From Armatimonadota bacterium (GTDB taxonomy: Bacteria; Armatimonadota; Fervidibacteria; Fervidibacterales; Thermosaccharophagaceae): a stretch of DNA of 64,000 nucleotides. This document shows, piece after piece, positions 1 to 9,103 of this stretch; within the stretch, counting starts at the first letter, position 1; every line of letters starts with the position of its first letter. Where the stretch lies: NCBI GenBank assembly GCA_025062195.1, contig JANXAS010000011.1:6149-70148 (forward strand), given 5' to 3'. Made by a program: the position numbers and the translations under genes. A model generated the notes under the pieces. It was not told where the DNA came from, did no database searches, and saw nothing but the letters and a program-made list of their open reading frames with translations.

Positions 1-266
1 GTATGCAACCTTTGCGGGCTATCACGCGCAAATTTTGCGTGCGCCTCATCATCAGCTTTATTGGCACAGTGCAACTTAACTTTAGCGTGCTCGCTCAATT
101 TGGATAGAGTTGCGCATGTGGCATTGTTTTGCAGTAGCTGATGACGGTCAATTAAAAACAAACCGAAAGATGCGGGCAGATTGACAGCTGCGCTGCATTC
201 AACTGCGCAATTCACAGCATCAAGGACAATGCTGCACATTAATCTTGTATTCGGTGGTGAAGGTGT

Positions 267-947
267 GTGGCTAAGAGAATATGGCTTGCTTGGAGCAGCG
301 GAAAAGACTCGGCGCTCGCATTTTATACTCTTCGGCAAGGTGGAAGGTGGGACGGTTTTGAAGTTTGTGCTCTCATTTGCACCGTCACAGAAGATTATGG
401 GCGAGTCAGCATGCATGGTGTGCGCAGAGAATTGGTGCTCGCACAAGCTGAATCAATCGGAATGCCACTGATTGAAGTTCCCATACCGGCAAAATGCACG
501 AATGAGCAATATGAGGAAGCCATGCGCTTAGCACTTGAAAGAGCTATTAACGATGGTGTTGTTGGGGTGGCATTTGGTGACATTCATCTTGCGGATGTGC
601 GTGAATATCGTGAGCGGCAAATGGCTCAGCTTGGAATGCTGCCGATATTTCCGCTATGGGGCGAGGAGACCGGAGAAGTCGCTATAAAGTTTTTGTCGCT
701 CGGATTTAAAGCCATCGTCATATGTGTTGATTCGGAGCAGCTTAATCCTAACCTGTGCGGGCGTGAGTATGACGAATCGTTCTTGGGTGAGTTGCCAAGC
801 TCGGTTGATCCATGCGGTGAGAATGGCGAATTCCACACATTCGTTTACGACGGACCGATATTTGTAGAGCCGATTGAAGTTCGGCGTGGGGAAATAGTTA
901 TGCGAGATGGACGGTTTGCATTCTGCGATTTAACCATGAGCGGGTGA
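267..947 (+). CDS. PP-loop ATP pyrophosphatase of the Dph6/MJ0570 (diphthine-ammonia-ligase-like) family
   Basis: 226-aa ORF from GTG 267. N-terminal PP-loop variant AWSSGKDS and C-terminal CGENGEFHTFVYDGP block, both typical of this family. The TGA stop overlaps the next start (GTGA). Confidence 0.7.
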   Translation: MAKRIWLAWSSGKDSALAFYTLRQGGRWDGFEVCALICTVTEDYGRVSMHGVRRELVLAQAESIGMPLIEVPIPAKCTNEQYEEAMRLALERAINDGVVGVAFGDIHLADVREYRERQMAQLGMLPIFPLWGEETGEVAIKFLSLGFKAIVICVDSEQLNPNLCGREYDESFLGELPSSVDPCGENGEFHTFVYDGPIFVEPIEVRRGEIVMRDGRFAFCDLTMSG

Positions 948-1993
948 GAAAGATGAAAACCGATGGGCAAGTGGTGACTCTCAAGGAAGCAATGCATTAT
1001 GAGGTGCTCCCCGATGGTTCTATTAAATGCACCCTTGAGCCACGCCAGTGCATCATTCACGATGGTGAAAGAGGCTTCTGCGGTGTTAGACAGAACTTGA
1101 AGAGGAAGCTTTGGGCTTTGACATATTCAAAGGTTGCAGTTGTTGACATTGAAACACTTTACCGGCATCACTTTTATCATGTCCTTCCGGGCGCATACTT
1201 TCTCACTGTGGGCACTGCCGGATGCAACATGAACTGCCAATACTGTGAGACGGCTTCAATATCGCAGGCAACGCTTGAGGCTGTGGAGAGCGAATATGCT
1301 ACACCGCAGATGCTCCTTTGGATGGCACTTGAGCGCGGCGCTGTCGGAATATTGTTTGCGCACAATGAGCCAGTGGTGGATTACGAGTTCATGATTGACA
1401 CATTTAAGCTTGCAAAGGATTTTAAGCTGCGCACCGCATGCCATACTGCAGCGAAGATATTCGCAAAGCCATTGGCTGAGCTTTGTCGGCATTTGGATGC
1501 CATAAACATTGACTTGAAAGCCTTTGACGAAGACGTTTACGAAAGGCTTTGTCAAGGCAGTCTCAAGACAACAAAGGAAGCAATCGCTACCATTTCAAAG
1601 CTCGCCAATGTGTTCATGGAAGTGACATATCTGCTTGTGCCGGGGTTCAACGATGACTTAGAGCAAATTAAGCGGATGTGCGAATGGCTGCTTAAGACCG
1701 CCGGAGATGAAGTGCCATTGCACTTTATCAGATTCTTCCCAGCACATAAGATGAAGGACGCCGACCCGACACCAATTGAGCTCATCTACGAGCGCCGTGA
1801 GCTCGCTATGAATATGGGTTTTAAGTATGTCTACGGTGGCAATCTGTTTGGCGACAAATCCGAGTTCACATACTGTGCCAAATGCAAAGCCGTAGTCATT
1901 GAGCGAAGCGAAGATGGCATCCCGACTTTGCGCATGCGCTCTGGAAGATGTGAGGCATGCGGCAATGCCATCCCCGGAATATGGAAGCTGTGA
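944..1993 (+). CDS. AmmeMemoRadiSam-type / PflA-like (COG1180) radical SAM enzyme
   Basis: 349-aa ORF. CNMNCQYC radical-SAM CxxxCxxC motif, Cys-containing N-terminal segment, and a C-terminal CAKC...CEACG zinc ribbon ending PGIW as in this family. GTG 944 overlaps the upstream stop by 4 nt (alternative ATG 953). Confidence 0.75.
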   Translation: MRKMKTDGQVVTLKEAMHYEVLPDGSIKCTLEPRQCIIHDGERGFCGVRQNLKRKLWALTYSKVAVVDIETLYRHHFYHVLPGAYFLTVGTAGCNMNCQYCETASISQATLEAVESEYATPQMLLWMALERGAVGILFAHNEPVVDYEFMIDTFKLAKDFKLRTACHTAAKIFAKPLAELCRHLDAINIDLKAFDEDVYERLCQGSLKTTKEAIATISKLANVFMEVTYLLVPGFNDDLEQIKRMCEWLLKTAGDEVPLHFIRFFPAHKMKDADPTPIELIYERRELAMNMGFKYVYGGNLFGDKSEFTYCAKCKAVVIERSEDGIPTLRMRSGRCEACGNAIPGIWKL

Positions 1994-2043
1994 GGGCTCA
2001 TATTTCAAGGCGACATCTGAACTCTTAGCTATGTAGCGCCGTG

Positions 2044-2116
2044 GCTTGTCCACTGCGGTCGCTCAGCTTCCGCCACCCAAAATGATGGCGCCGCATGATG
2101 GTTTTTGTCGCCTCGC
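2044..2116 (+). repeat. Dispersed repeat family Rep-2, copy a
   Basis: GCTTGTCCAC-TGCGGTCG left end matches the reverse complement of copy c (40726-40804). The TTTTGTCGCCTCGC right end is identical to copy b. Internal hairpin CGCCA/TGGCG. Lies 51 nt after the radical SAM stop. Confidence 0.6.
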
Positions 2117-2423
2117 AATTCAAATGCCGGTATGGAAGGCATGTTTTGAAAGTTTTCAAATGTGCCTGCTAAGGCTATTTGCTGCAAAGCTTACCGGGTG
2201 CTTGTTTAGGTTAAAGGCTCTTCAATGAGCCAAAAAGGCGGGCAGAGATTGAGAGGAATCTTTGAGGCATTGTGAGGATGGGGTTCTCGCCGAACAAAAT
2301 TCGAGCAAGCTGGCGATGGGAAGTAGACAGATAGGTAGCATTGTAGCCCACTTGCAAGTCCGCCATCTTCAAAACTCTTCTCCAACAACATTTTGAGCAA
2401 ATAGCACCTGTCAAATTGTAGCC

Positions 2424-3608
2424 TCAGCGTCCATGACAAACCGCACAAGTCTCCTCGCGCTTGTGACACTTGAAGCAAACTGACTTTGGATCAAAGCTCG
2501 CCACATCCTTGTGCTTGAGCGCAAACCCCTCAGGGTGTGGCAACGGAACACCGTGACAAGCATCGCAAGCATTCTTCCCGTGACAGCGCTCACAAATCTT
2601 TTGCTCTTCCTTTTTCACCTTAGCATGCGCTCTTCGGTAATCTTTTGGGTGCGGCATCGGCAAGCCATGACATGCATCACACCAAGATTGTGCATGACAG
2701 CGCATGCAAAGACTTGCGTTAATCTTTGCCTCGTTGTGCTTGCGCTCATAGCCCTTTGGATGGGGCATCCTGATGCCATGACATGAATCGCAGAAGGAAC
2801 TTGAATGGCACATAAGGCAATTCTGCCCAGCAAGGAAGAGCTTGCCGTGGCGCTTCATGAAATCGGGCTTGATGTGGGATGATGGTTTTCTGACGATGTG
2901 ACATGAATCACAAAACGAGCGCTCATGGCATTGCAAGCATTGAGTCTCTTTTTTGCGGGCGTGTTCACCATGCTTTGCGGCAAAGCCCTTCACATGGCTG
3001 GATGGTTTGCGCGGCTTGTGGCACAGGTCGCAAAATGCTTCACTATGGCAATCCAGGCACTGCTGTCTATCTTTTGTTTCCTTTGGATGGCGCTCAAGCC
3101 AATCTTGCCCGTGAGTATTCGGCAATGCTGTCTGCGGGCGAGCATGACATAACGAGCATTTCTTTGGCGCACGCTTATCATCGTGGCATTCCAAGCACAC
3201 ATCCATTGGCACAGCGCCATGCTTCGGATATGGCTTGCCCGGCTCTCGCTGCTTGATGTCTCTATGACAATCGCTGCAATGGTCACCCCTCTCAATATGC
3301 TTCATGTGCGAGAATGTAATTCGGTAGGCGCTTTCTCCGAGCGTGATGACGCTGTGGCATTCAAAGCATTCCAAATTAGCGATGTGGCGTAGGCGTTCGC
3401 TTAGAGAGTGTGAGGCTGAAATTCGCTTTGCATTGGTGTAGCGCGCCTCAGCCTCGTAGAGGCGCTTAACATCTCGCTTCACATAGTGCATATGAATCAT
3501 TAGCAGCGCCGATAACAAACTCACTATGACAATCGGAGAAAACATCAGCGCGAGTTTGAAGGACATTATTATAGCCCGCCTCAGCTTCACCGCTTTAACC
3601 CCCGACAC
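2424..3608 (-). CDS. Membrane-anchored 16-haem c-type cytochrome
   Basis: 394-aa ORF (GTG 3608; alternative Met 3566). One N-terminal TM helix. 16 CxxCH motifs account for all 32 Cys. Tandem doubled-CxxCH modules. Confidence 0.85.
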   Translation of the reverse strand: MSGVKAVKLRRAIIMSFKLALMFSPIVIVSLLSALLMIHMHYVKRDVKRLYEAEARYTNAKRISASHSLSERLRHIANLECFECHSVITLGESAYRITFSHMKHIERGDHCSDCHRDIKQREPGKPYPKHGAVPMDVCLECHDDKRAPKKCSLCHARPQTALPNTHGQDWLERHPKETKDRQQCLDCHSEAFCDLCHKPRKPSSHVKGFAAKHGEHARKKETQCLQCHERSFCDSCHIVRKPSSHIKPDFMKRHGKLFLAGQNCLMCHSSSFCDSCHGIRMPHPKGYERKHNEAKINASLCMRCHAQSWCDACHGLPMPHPKDYRRAHAKVKKEEQKICERCHGKNACDACHGVPLPHPEGFALKHKDVASFDPKSVCFKCHKREETCAVCHGR

Positions 3609-3678
3609 AGCTCAGATATGCACATGGGCAGTTTTTGACCAAGCAGTTTGCAAGCCAATTTCAACTGCCTCACCGCCT

Positions 3679-5301
3679 CTAACTGTTAGTGCTGCGGTGC
3701 TCATATTCAAGTGCGTGTCTTTCCTTTAACTCCCTCAGGCTAATCTTACCGGTTAGCCAAACCGTGCTCATCGGAAATACATCGGGACGAAGATGCGCAA
3801 AGTATATGTGGAAGCAAAGGAGGGCGAATGTTGCAAGCACAGCTTCATGGCTGTGTAACGCATGAGCGATTTCAACGAGCTGTGGCGATGTGCGTTCGGC
3901 GACAAGAGGCGCTTGCCAAAGCATTATGCCCGTTACGCCCATCATCAATATGCCCCAGCCTGCCGCCCAATAAAGGAACTTCTCAACGAAGTTGTATCGC
4001 CCCATCTTGGGTGGTTCACGGCGTATTCGTAGCAGGAAAAGTATGGAGTGATAGAAGTCAACGAAGTCCTTAAAGGTCGGAAGCATCTCTGTGCGCCTAT
4101 TGCCGAGAGCAAACTGGACGAGAAGATAGAGCAGGTGATAAACAACTGCAATGAGCATAACTATTCCTGCAACTCTATGTATGATGGCAGCGTTATCAAC
4201 CCCGCCGAGAAGCTCAAGAAGGAACAGCGAGATTGGTGACCAAAAGCCCTTTAGTGGCAAGCCAGTTAGCATTAGTGCCATAACGCTGCCCATGAAAAGA
4301 AAGTGTTGAAGGATTTGGTGGACATTCCAACGCTGCACATACCCTTTTAGCTCTTCGCCCTCCTTATGAATAGCTCTGGCGCACCAGAGCGCCCCCATCA
4401 CAACTGCGTCAAGCAACGTGTATGCGAACATTGAAATGAGCACGATGATGACGAACAGCTCAAAGAGCAAGTTGACCCAGTAGACTGCTGGACGCTCTGA
4501 GGGCGAAGCCAGCTTGTGCGTGAATGTGAGGGCAAATTTTTCGCCGCCGCCTTCGTGGCAGTTTGCGCACAACAAAGAGCGCTTTGAAGGGTGCATCATA
4601 GAGGCAGGGTCACTTGGCGAAAGTATGCTGTGGTAGCCATGACATGTGACGCAGTTGGCGCTGCGCTTGCTCCCAAGGTGCAGCTTCTTGCCGTGAAAGC
4701 TGCCCAAGTAAGTTGTGACAGTGTGTGTGTTAACTTTGTGCCGTAGCATCATTTCTTTGTTGGCGTGACACTTGGCGCATACCCATATGACATTGCTCGG
4801 ATATATTAACGAGCGTGGATCTTCATTGCTGAGTATATAATGGCTGCCATGACAATCGGTGCACATCGGTGGGTCATCACTGCCACTTAGTATGCTCATT
4901 GCATGCTCGCTTTTGCTGTATAGCTTGAAATGCTCCTTGTGGCATTCAATGCATGCAGCCAGTGCCGGCTGAGAGAGCCTATAAGCGCGCCTAACAAAAG
5001 GCTTAATCTCATTCGGTATATCTCTACGGTAGCCGCTCAAGGGGGAGTTCATTGTAATCTGGTGCGATTTTTTCATGGGACGCATGTTCGTGTGGCAATC
5101 GGTGCATTTGAATTTCCCATGCACTGAGGATGCAAACCTATCCGGGTTAACATAGAGGCTGCGTATCAATCCGTTTGGCAACCTTATGTGTAGCTTTTCG
5201 TTTGCGTGGCACGAAATGCAATGTTCCTGAGATGAGGCATATTCGTGCTGCAACCAAAGCAGAAAAACGATTATGCATGCTGCTATAGAGCGCCGAATCA
5301 T
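3679..5301 (-). CDS. Fusion protein: heptahaem cytochrome c domain plus integral-membrane cytochrome b (FdnI/PhsC/HydC-like); CbcL-like architecture
   Basis: 540 aa. Signal-peptide-like N-terminus. 7 CxxCH motifs in the first ~260 aa. The C-terminal ~270 aa has about 5 TM helices and conserved His blocks (RWNVHQILQH, HRVAG, HALHSHE). Confidence 0.8.
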   Translation of the reverse strand: MIRRSIAACIIVFLLWLQHEYASSQEHCISCHANEKLHIRLPNGLIRSLYVNPDRFASSVHGKFKCTDCHTNMRPMKKSHQITMNSPLSGYRRDIPNEIKPFVRRAYRLSQPALAACIECHKEHFKLYSKSEHAMSILSGSDDPPMCTDCHGSHYILSNEDPRSLIYPSNVIWVCAKCHANKEMMLRHKVNTHTVTTYLGSFHGKKLHLGSKRSANCVTCHGYHSILSPSDPASMMHPSKRSLLCANCHEGGGEKFALTFTHKLASPSERPAVYWVNLLFELFVIIVLISMFAYTLLDAVVMGALWCARAIHKEGEELKGYVQRWNVHQILQHFLFMGSVMALMLTGLPLKGFWSPISLFLLELLGGVDNAAIIHRVAGIVMLIAVVYHLLYLLVQFALGNRRTEMLPTFKDFVDFYHSILFLLRIRREPPKMGRYNFVEKFLYWAAGWGILMMGVTGIMLWQAPLVAERTSPQLVEIAHALHSHEAVLATFALLCFHIYFAHLRPDVFPMSTVWLTGKISLRELKERHALEYEHRSTNS

Positions 5302-5307
5302 CCGACC

Positions 5308-6660
5308 TCACTCGCCCACCTCTATGTGCTCGTTGCGATCGCCACTCAAGTTGCTCATAGCGCTGAGAAGCTCAACGCACGCCTCAATCGCTTTTATCTT
5401 GCCCTCATCGGCAGCTGTTGCTCTCAGGCGTTCAATCAGGGGGTGAAGAAGGCGCTTCATCAGGCGCTTTGTGAGCATGTCAACCACTTTGATTTCATCA
5501 TCGCCGCGTGGCGAAAGCCTGCCCATAAACTCGCTCAGAGTTTTCAAGCGCACTTGCTCTGCAGCTTTGAACATATTCACCACAATCGGCTCAACTCGCT
5601 TTGCGAGCCACCAACGCCAAAAGGCTTCAACCTCTCTCTGGACAATCGCCTCAGCCGCTTGCGCCTCATGTTGGCGCAGCTTGCGATACTCCTCGGCTAT
5701 ATCGGTTAGGTCATCAATATTTAAAAGCTTCAGTCCGTTCAATTGAGCAGCACTCGGTTCAACATCCCTTGGCACTGCAAGGTCAATGACCAACATCTGC
5801 TTTGAGTTTTGCGTGCGCCTTGAAAGTGCTTCGGCAAGCATGTTCTGGCTCAACACGAAATTCGGCGAACCGGTGCAAGAGACAATTATGTCGGCACCCG
5901 GCAGCCAACTTGGAAGTTCATCCAGTGATATGGCTACAGCGCCGGATTGACCGGCTAAATCCAAAGCCCGTTCAATTGTCCTGTTTGCGACCACGACTTT
6001 CCCTATGCCGTTCTTTTTGAACAGGCGCAGCGTGAGCAAGCCCATTTCTCCCACACCGATGAGCAGCAATGTTGCGCCGCCAAAATTGCCATATATACGC
6101 TTTGCCACATGAACTGCAGCATGTGGTATTGATGTTGCCCCCTCAGAGATGCGCGTCTCGGTGCGCACACGCTTACCAACATTAATGGCTCGCATGAACA
6201 GCCGCGATAGTATGGAGCCGCAGCATTTCAAGCGCATTGCCAGTTCATACGCATCCTTGATTTGCCTGAGTATTTGCGGTTCACCGATGACCATTGAATC
6301 CAACCCAGCTGCCACACGGAACAGGTGGGCGCAAGCACCCTTATCATCGGCTACATAGAGACCGGATATCAGCCTTTCCCTGGGCATGCGATGTTGGCAG
6401 CATAAGAATTCAATTAGCGCCATAGCGTCTGTTCCGTTAAGGACGGCATATATCTCCACACGGTTGCATGTTGATAGGAACACAACCTCATTAACGCCAT
6501 CAATTGAGCGCAGCGAACGAAGCGCATAGGGCACATCAACCTTGCACAGCGAGAGCCGTTCACGGACATCAATATTCATCGTGCGGTAATTGCCGCCAAC
6601 GAGCACCAGCTTAGGCGCTTCGCTATTTCGGTGAGCTTGCAATTGCCTCTCTCTTTCCAT
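5308..6660 (-). CDS. hemA: Glutamyl-tRNA reductase
   Basis: LVLVGGNYRT...RE N-terminus, CNRVEIY catalytic-Cys block and LLIGVGEMG NADPH Rossmann motif. The ORF is open to 6789. ATG 6660 or 6732 avoids overlap with ccmF, so the start is uncertain. Confidence 0.9.
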   Translation of the reverse strand: MERERQLQAHRNSEAPKLVLVGGNYRTMNIDVRERLSLCKVDVPYALRSLRSIDGVNEVVFLSTCNRVEIYAVLNGTDAMALIEFLCCQHRMPRERLISGLYVADDKGACAHLFRVAAGLDSMVIGEPQILRQIKDAYELAMRLKCCGSILSRLFMRAINVGKRVRTETRISEGATSIPHAAVHVAKRIYGNFGGATLLLIGVGEMGLLTLRLFKKNGIGKVVVANRTIERALDLAGQSGAVAISLDELPSWLPGADIIVSCTGSPNFVLSQNMLAEALSRRTQNSKQMLVIDLAVPRDVEPSAAQLNGLKLLNIDDLTDIAEEYRKLRQHEAQAAEAIVQREVEAFWRWWLAKRVEPIVVNMFKAAEQVRLKTLSEFMGRLSPRGDDEIKVVDMLTKRLMKRLLHPLIERLRATAADEGKIKAIEACVELLSAMSNLSGDRNEHIEVGE

Positions 6661-6757
6661 GTAACTTTCACCCTTAAATCCACCTGGGACAGATGAGCAC
6701 ACATTCACTTTATCTACCGAGCCAGTAGACATTTTAGCACAGGTATCACTGCCAAAC

Positions 6758-8971
6758 TTAAAAAGCGTTGCTATCGCTGCGACTCGCATAGCGCTTTGAG
6801 AAGACGAGTGCCATCAACCCACCGATCAGAATGAGCACGCTGCCAAAACGGAGCAAGTTCATGAATGGCTTAATGCTCAGCTCAACGATAGCATGCAACG
6901 ACTTTGCAGAGGTTTTCGGGCGCTCAACCGATAGCCGTATTAATCCCTCATCAGCATTCATTGCGAGTATGGAAAATGTGGCGCTTTCATCCGGCAGGCT
7001 CTCGTCAACCCCTTCACCGGATGCCGTTAATCCGGGTGAAACTAAGTGCCGCACACCGGTCGTCATCTGGTGCACCTCAAGTATTGCTCTTGCAATGAAC
7101 TCATCTGTCCGACCGAAAACATGTTCGCCAACCTCAAATTTGATGAACCGTATGTTCATGTCAAAAGCTCGTTTCTCCTCGCCCTTACGCAGCACCAAAG
7201 TGATGCGTTCGCTCTCACTTAAAAGCTCAATTGGCGATGCATAGATATCGCTCAACAAAAGCATCTTTATGCTCGGCTGGCGCACAACGCCATATGGGCT
7301 GTCATAAACCCTCATCTGCATGCTGCGCTTAGTCCCATCGCCTTCAATTACCAATGTAATGTGAGCATCCTTTTGAACCATGCGTGGGCTTTTGGGCTCA
7401 ATCTTACATGCGACTTTGTATCCAAGGGCTGTCTTGCTCTGACCAATTGCGAGCCTCAGTGTTTGAGAGCGTTCAAAAGAGGCTGAAAGTGATATTCCGA
7501 GCATGAGCGCAGCCACGCCGATATGCGCGATGCAGCTTCCGAGGCGATGCTGAGAACGGCTAATAGCATTCCGAAGAAGATTGAAGTTAATCAAGAGTGC
7601 TGCGACGGATAACAGCGTGGCTGCAATGTGGTATGGGTTTCGCATGCCGAAGAGGAATGCAGTGCCGGCTGCTATACACCCGATGAGGAACGATGCCATG
7701 ATTAAGCGCACACCATATCGTGTTTGGATACCTAAGCTAAGAGCGATGAGAAGCGCCAACGCAAATGGAGCCAAAGCACGGTTGTAAAAACTCGGCGATG
7801 CGCTCATGCTCACTCCAAATGGAGCTGTGAAGAGCGGCAGCGATGTCCCAAGCTCAATAATGCATGCCATTAGGATAAGAAGCACTGTTGCGCACCATGA
7901 GGCGAAGTTGACCGAATGAACCGATGTCCATGCCGGCTGGGCTTTAAGGTTGTGCCAGTAGCGAGCTGACACCGCTATTCCAACGACACTGTAAGCTATT
8001 AGCGATGCAAGGAGGGTTATATTGACCGAGCCGTGAGCTTCCCCGAAGACATGCACAGAGACCTCACGCAATATGCCGCTCCTCGTGATGAATGTCGCAT
8101 AGATGACGCTAACATAGGCAAACATGCAAAGCAGCGAGCAAGTTCTACAAACGGTCCCGCTACGCCTCTGAATCGCAAGGGTGTGTAAAAGTGCTGTCAG
8201 CAGCAGCCATGGCACAAGGGATGCATTCTCAACCGGGTCCCAACCCCAATAGCCACCCCACCCGAGAACTTCGTAGCTCCAATAAGCGCCGATGATTATG
8301 CCTGCTCCCAGCACAAGCCACGCAAGCAACACCCACTGGCGCACTATCTTAATCACTCGCTCATTGTTCGGCTCTCTAAGAAGCATGGGTGAAAGAGCAT
8401 ATGGTGCGGAGGTGAGTGCATATCCGCACAACATCAATGGTGGATGAACCACCATCCAAAAGTTACGCAGCAACGGGTTAAGCCCATGACCATCATCTGG
8501 CTTATGCGGGAGCACTTCAAAAGGGCTTTTGCAAGCCAACGCCACAAGCGCAAAGAGCTGCGCAAACGCAAACAGCGAAATGACGCTGAGAGCGCCATTG
8601 CCTAATGAATTGGTCGTCCTCGCAAGAGCGATGCCGATAAGCAATCCGAACCACGCCCAGAGGAGCATTGAACCCTCTTGACCAGCCCAAAAGGCGCTTA
8701 TACGATACCACAACGGCAACTCATTTGAGGTATGCGCAGCCACATAGGCTACATCGTATCTTCGTGCGCAGAGCAAAAACACCAAGATAGCCGATGAAAG
8801 GGTCACGCAAAAAAACGCAAAAGCGATGCTCAAGTGCGCTAACCGGCGTGCGTTAGCTGCCTTGAGATGCTGAAGCATGCTTGCAGCTACGGCAATAGAC
8901 AGCGAAACTGCAGACACCCAAATTAACGCCTCCCCAAGCACCGGAATAGCGATGGAAGCGTGCACATTCAA
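6758..8971 (-). CDS. ccmF: Haem lyase, CcmF/NrfE family (System I cytochrome c maturation)
   Basis: 737-aa polytopic membrane ORF. WWD-type motif WGGYWGWDPVENASLVPWL matches CcmF rather than CcsA. Long periplasmic C-terminal region ending in a TM helix. Confidence 0.8.
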   Translation of the reverse strand: MNVHASIAIPVLGEALIWVSAVSLSIAVAASMLQHLKAANARRLAHLSIAFAFFCVTLSSAILVFLLCARRYDVAYVAAHTSNELPLWYRISAFWAGQEGSMLLWAWFGLLIGIALARTTNSLGNGALSVISLFAFAQLFALVALACKSPFEVLPHKPDDGHGLNPLLRNFWMVVHPPLMLCGYALTSAPYALSPMLLREPNNERVIKIVRQWVLLAWLVLGAGIIIGAYWSYEVLGWGGYWGWDPVENASLVPWLLLTALLHTLAIQRRSGTVCRTCSLLCMFAYVSVIYATFITRSGILREVSVHVFGEAHGSVNITLLASLIAYSVVGIAVSARYWHNLKAQPAWTSVHSVNFASWCATVLLILMACIIELGTSLPLFTAPFGVSMSASPSFYNRALAPFALALLIALSLGIQTRYGVRLIMASFLIGCIAAGTAFLFGMRNPYHIAATLLSVAALLINFNLLRNAISRSQHRLGSCIAHIGVAALMLGISLSASFERSQTLRLAIGQSKTALGYKVACKIEPKSPRMVQKDAHITLVIEGDGTKRSMQMRVYDSPYGVVRQPSIKMLLLSDIYASPIELLSESERITLVLRKGEEKRAFDMNIRFIKFEVGEHVFGRTDEFIARAILEVHQMTTGVRHLVSPGLTASGEGVDESLPDESATFSILAMNADEGLIRLSVERPKTSAKSLHAIVELSIKPFMNLLRFGSVLILIGGLMALVFSKRYASRSDSNAF

Positions 8972-9103
8972 TCACCCTTTAAACCGTGGTTTGCAGCTGG
9001 ATACGAAAAAAACCACCAAGGGACTTACAGCGCACCAACAGACACTTCGTTTGGCTCGCCAATAGCTTCGCCAACGAATACTATGGCGCATTTGAGCTAT
9101 GCC

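Noticed and set aside
1-239. Open minus-strand frame running off the left edge, from ATG 239 (MCSIVLDAVNCAVECSAAVNLPASFGLFLIDRHQ...).
   Set aside because: It is truncated and has no clear SD or recognisable motif, and it lies only 27 nt from the divergent GTG 267. It could be real, but it cannot be supported from 79 codons.
2046-2414. Small ORFs (60 aa plus strand, 67 and 90 aa minus strand) downstream of the radical SAM gene, considered as RiPP precursor candidates.
   Set aside because: They have no Shine-Dalgarno and overlap the Rep-2 repeat copy and each other. Their composition looks non-coding.
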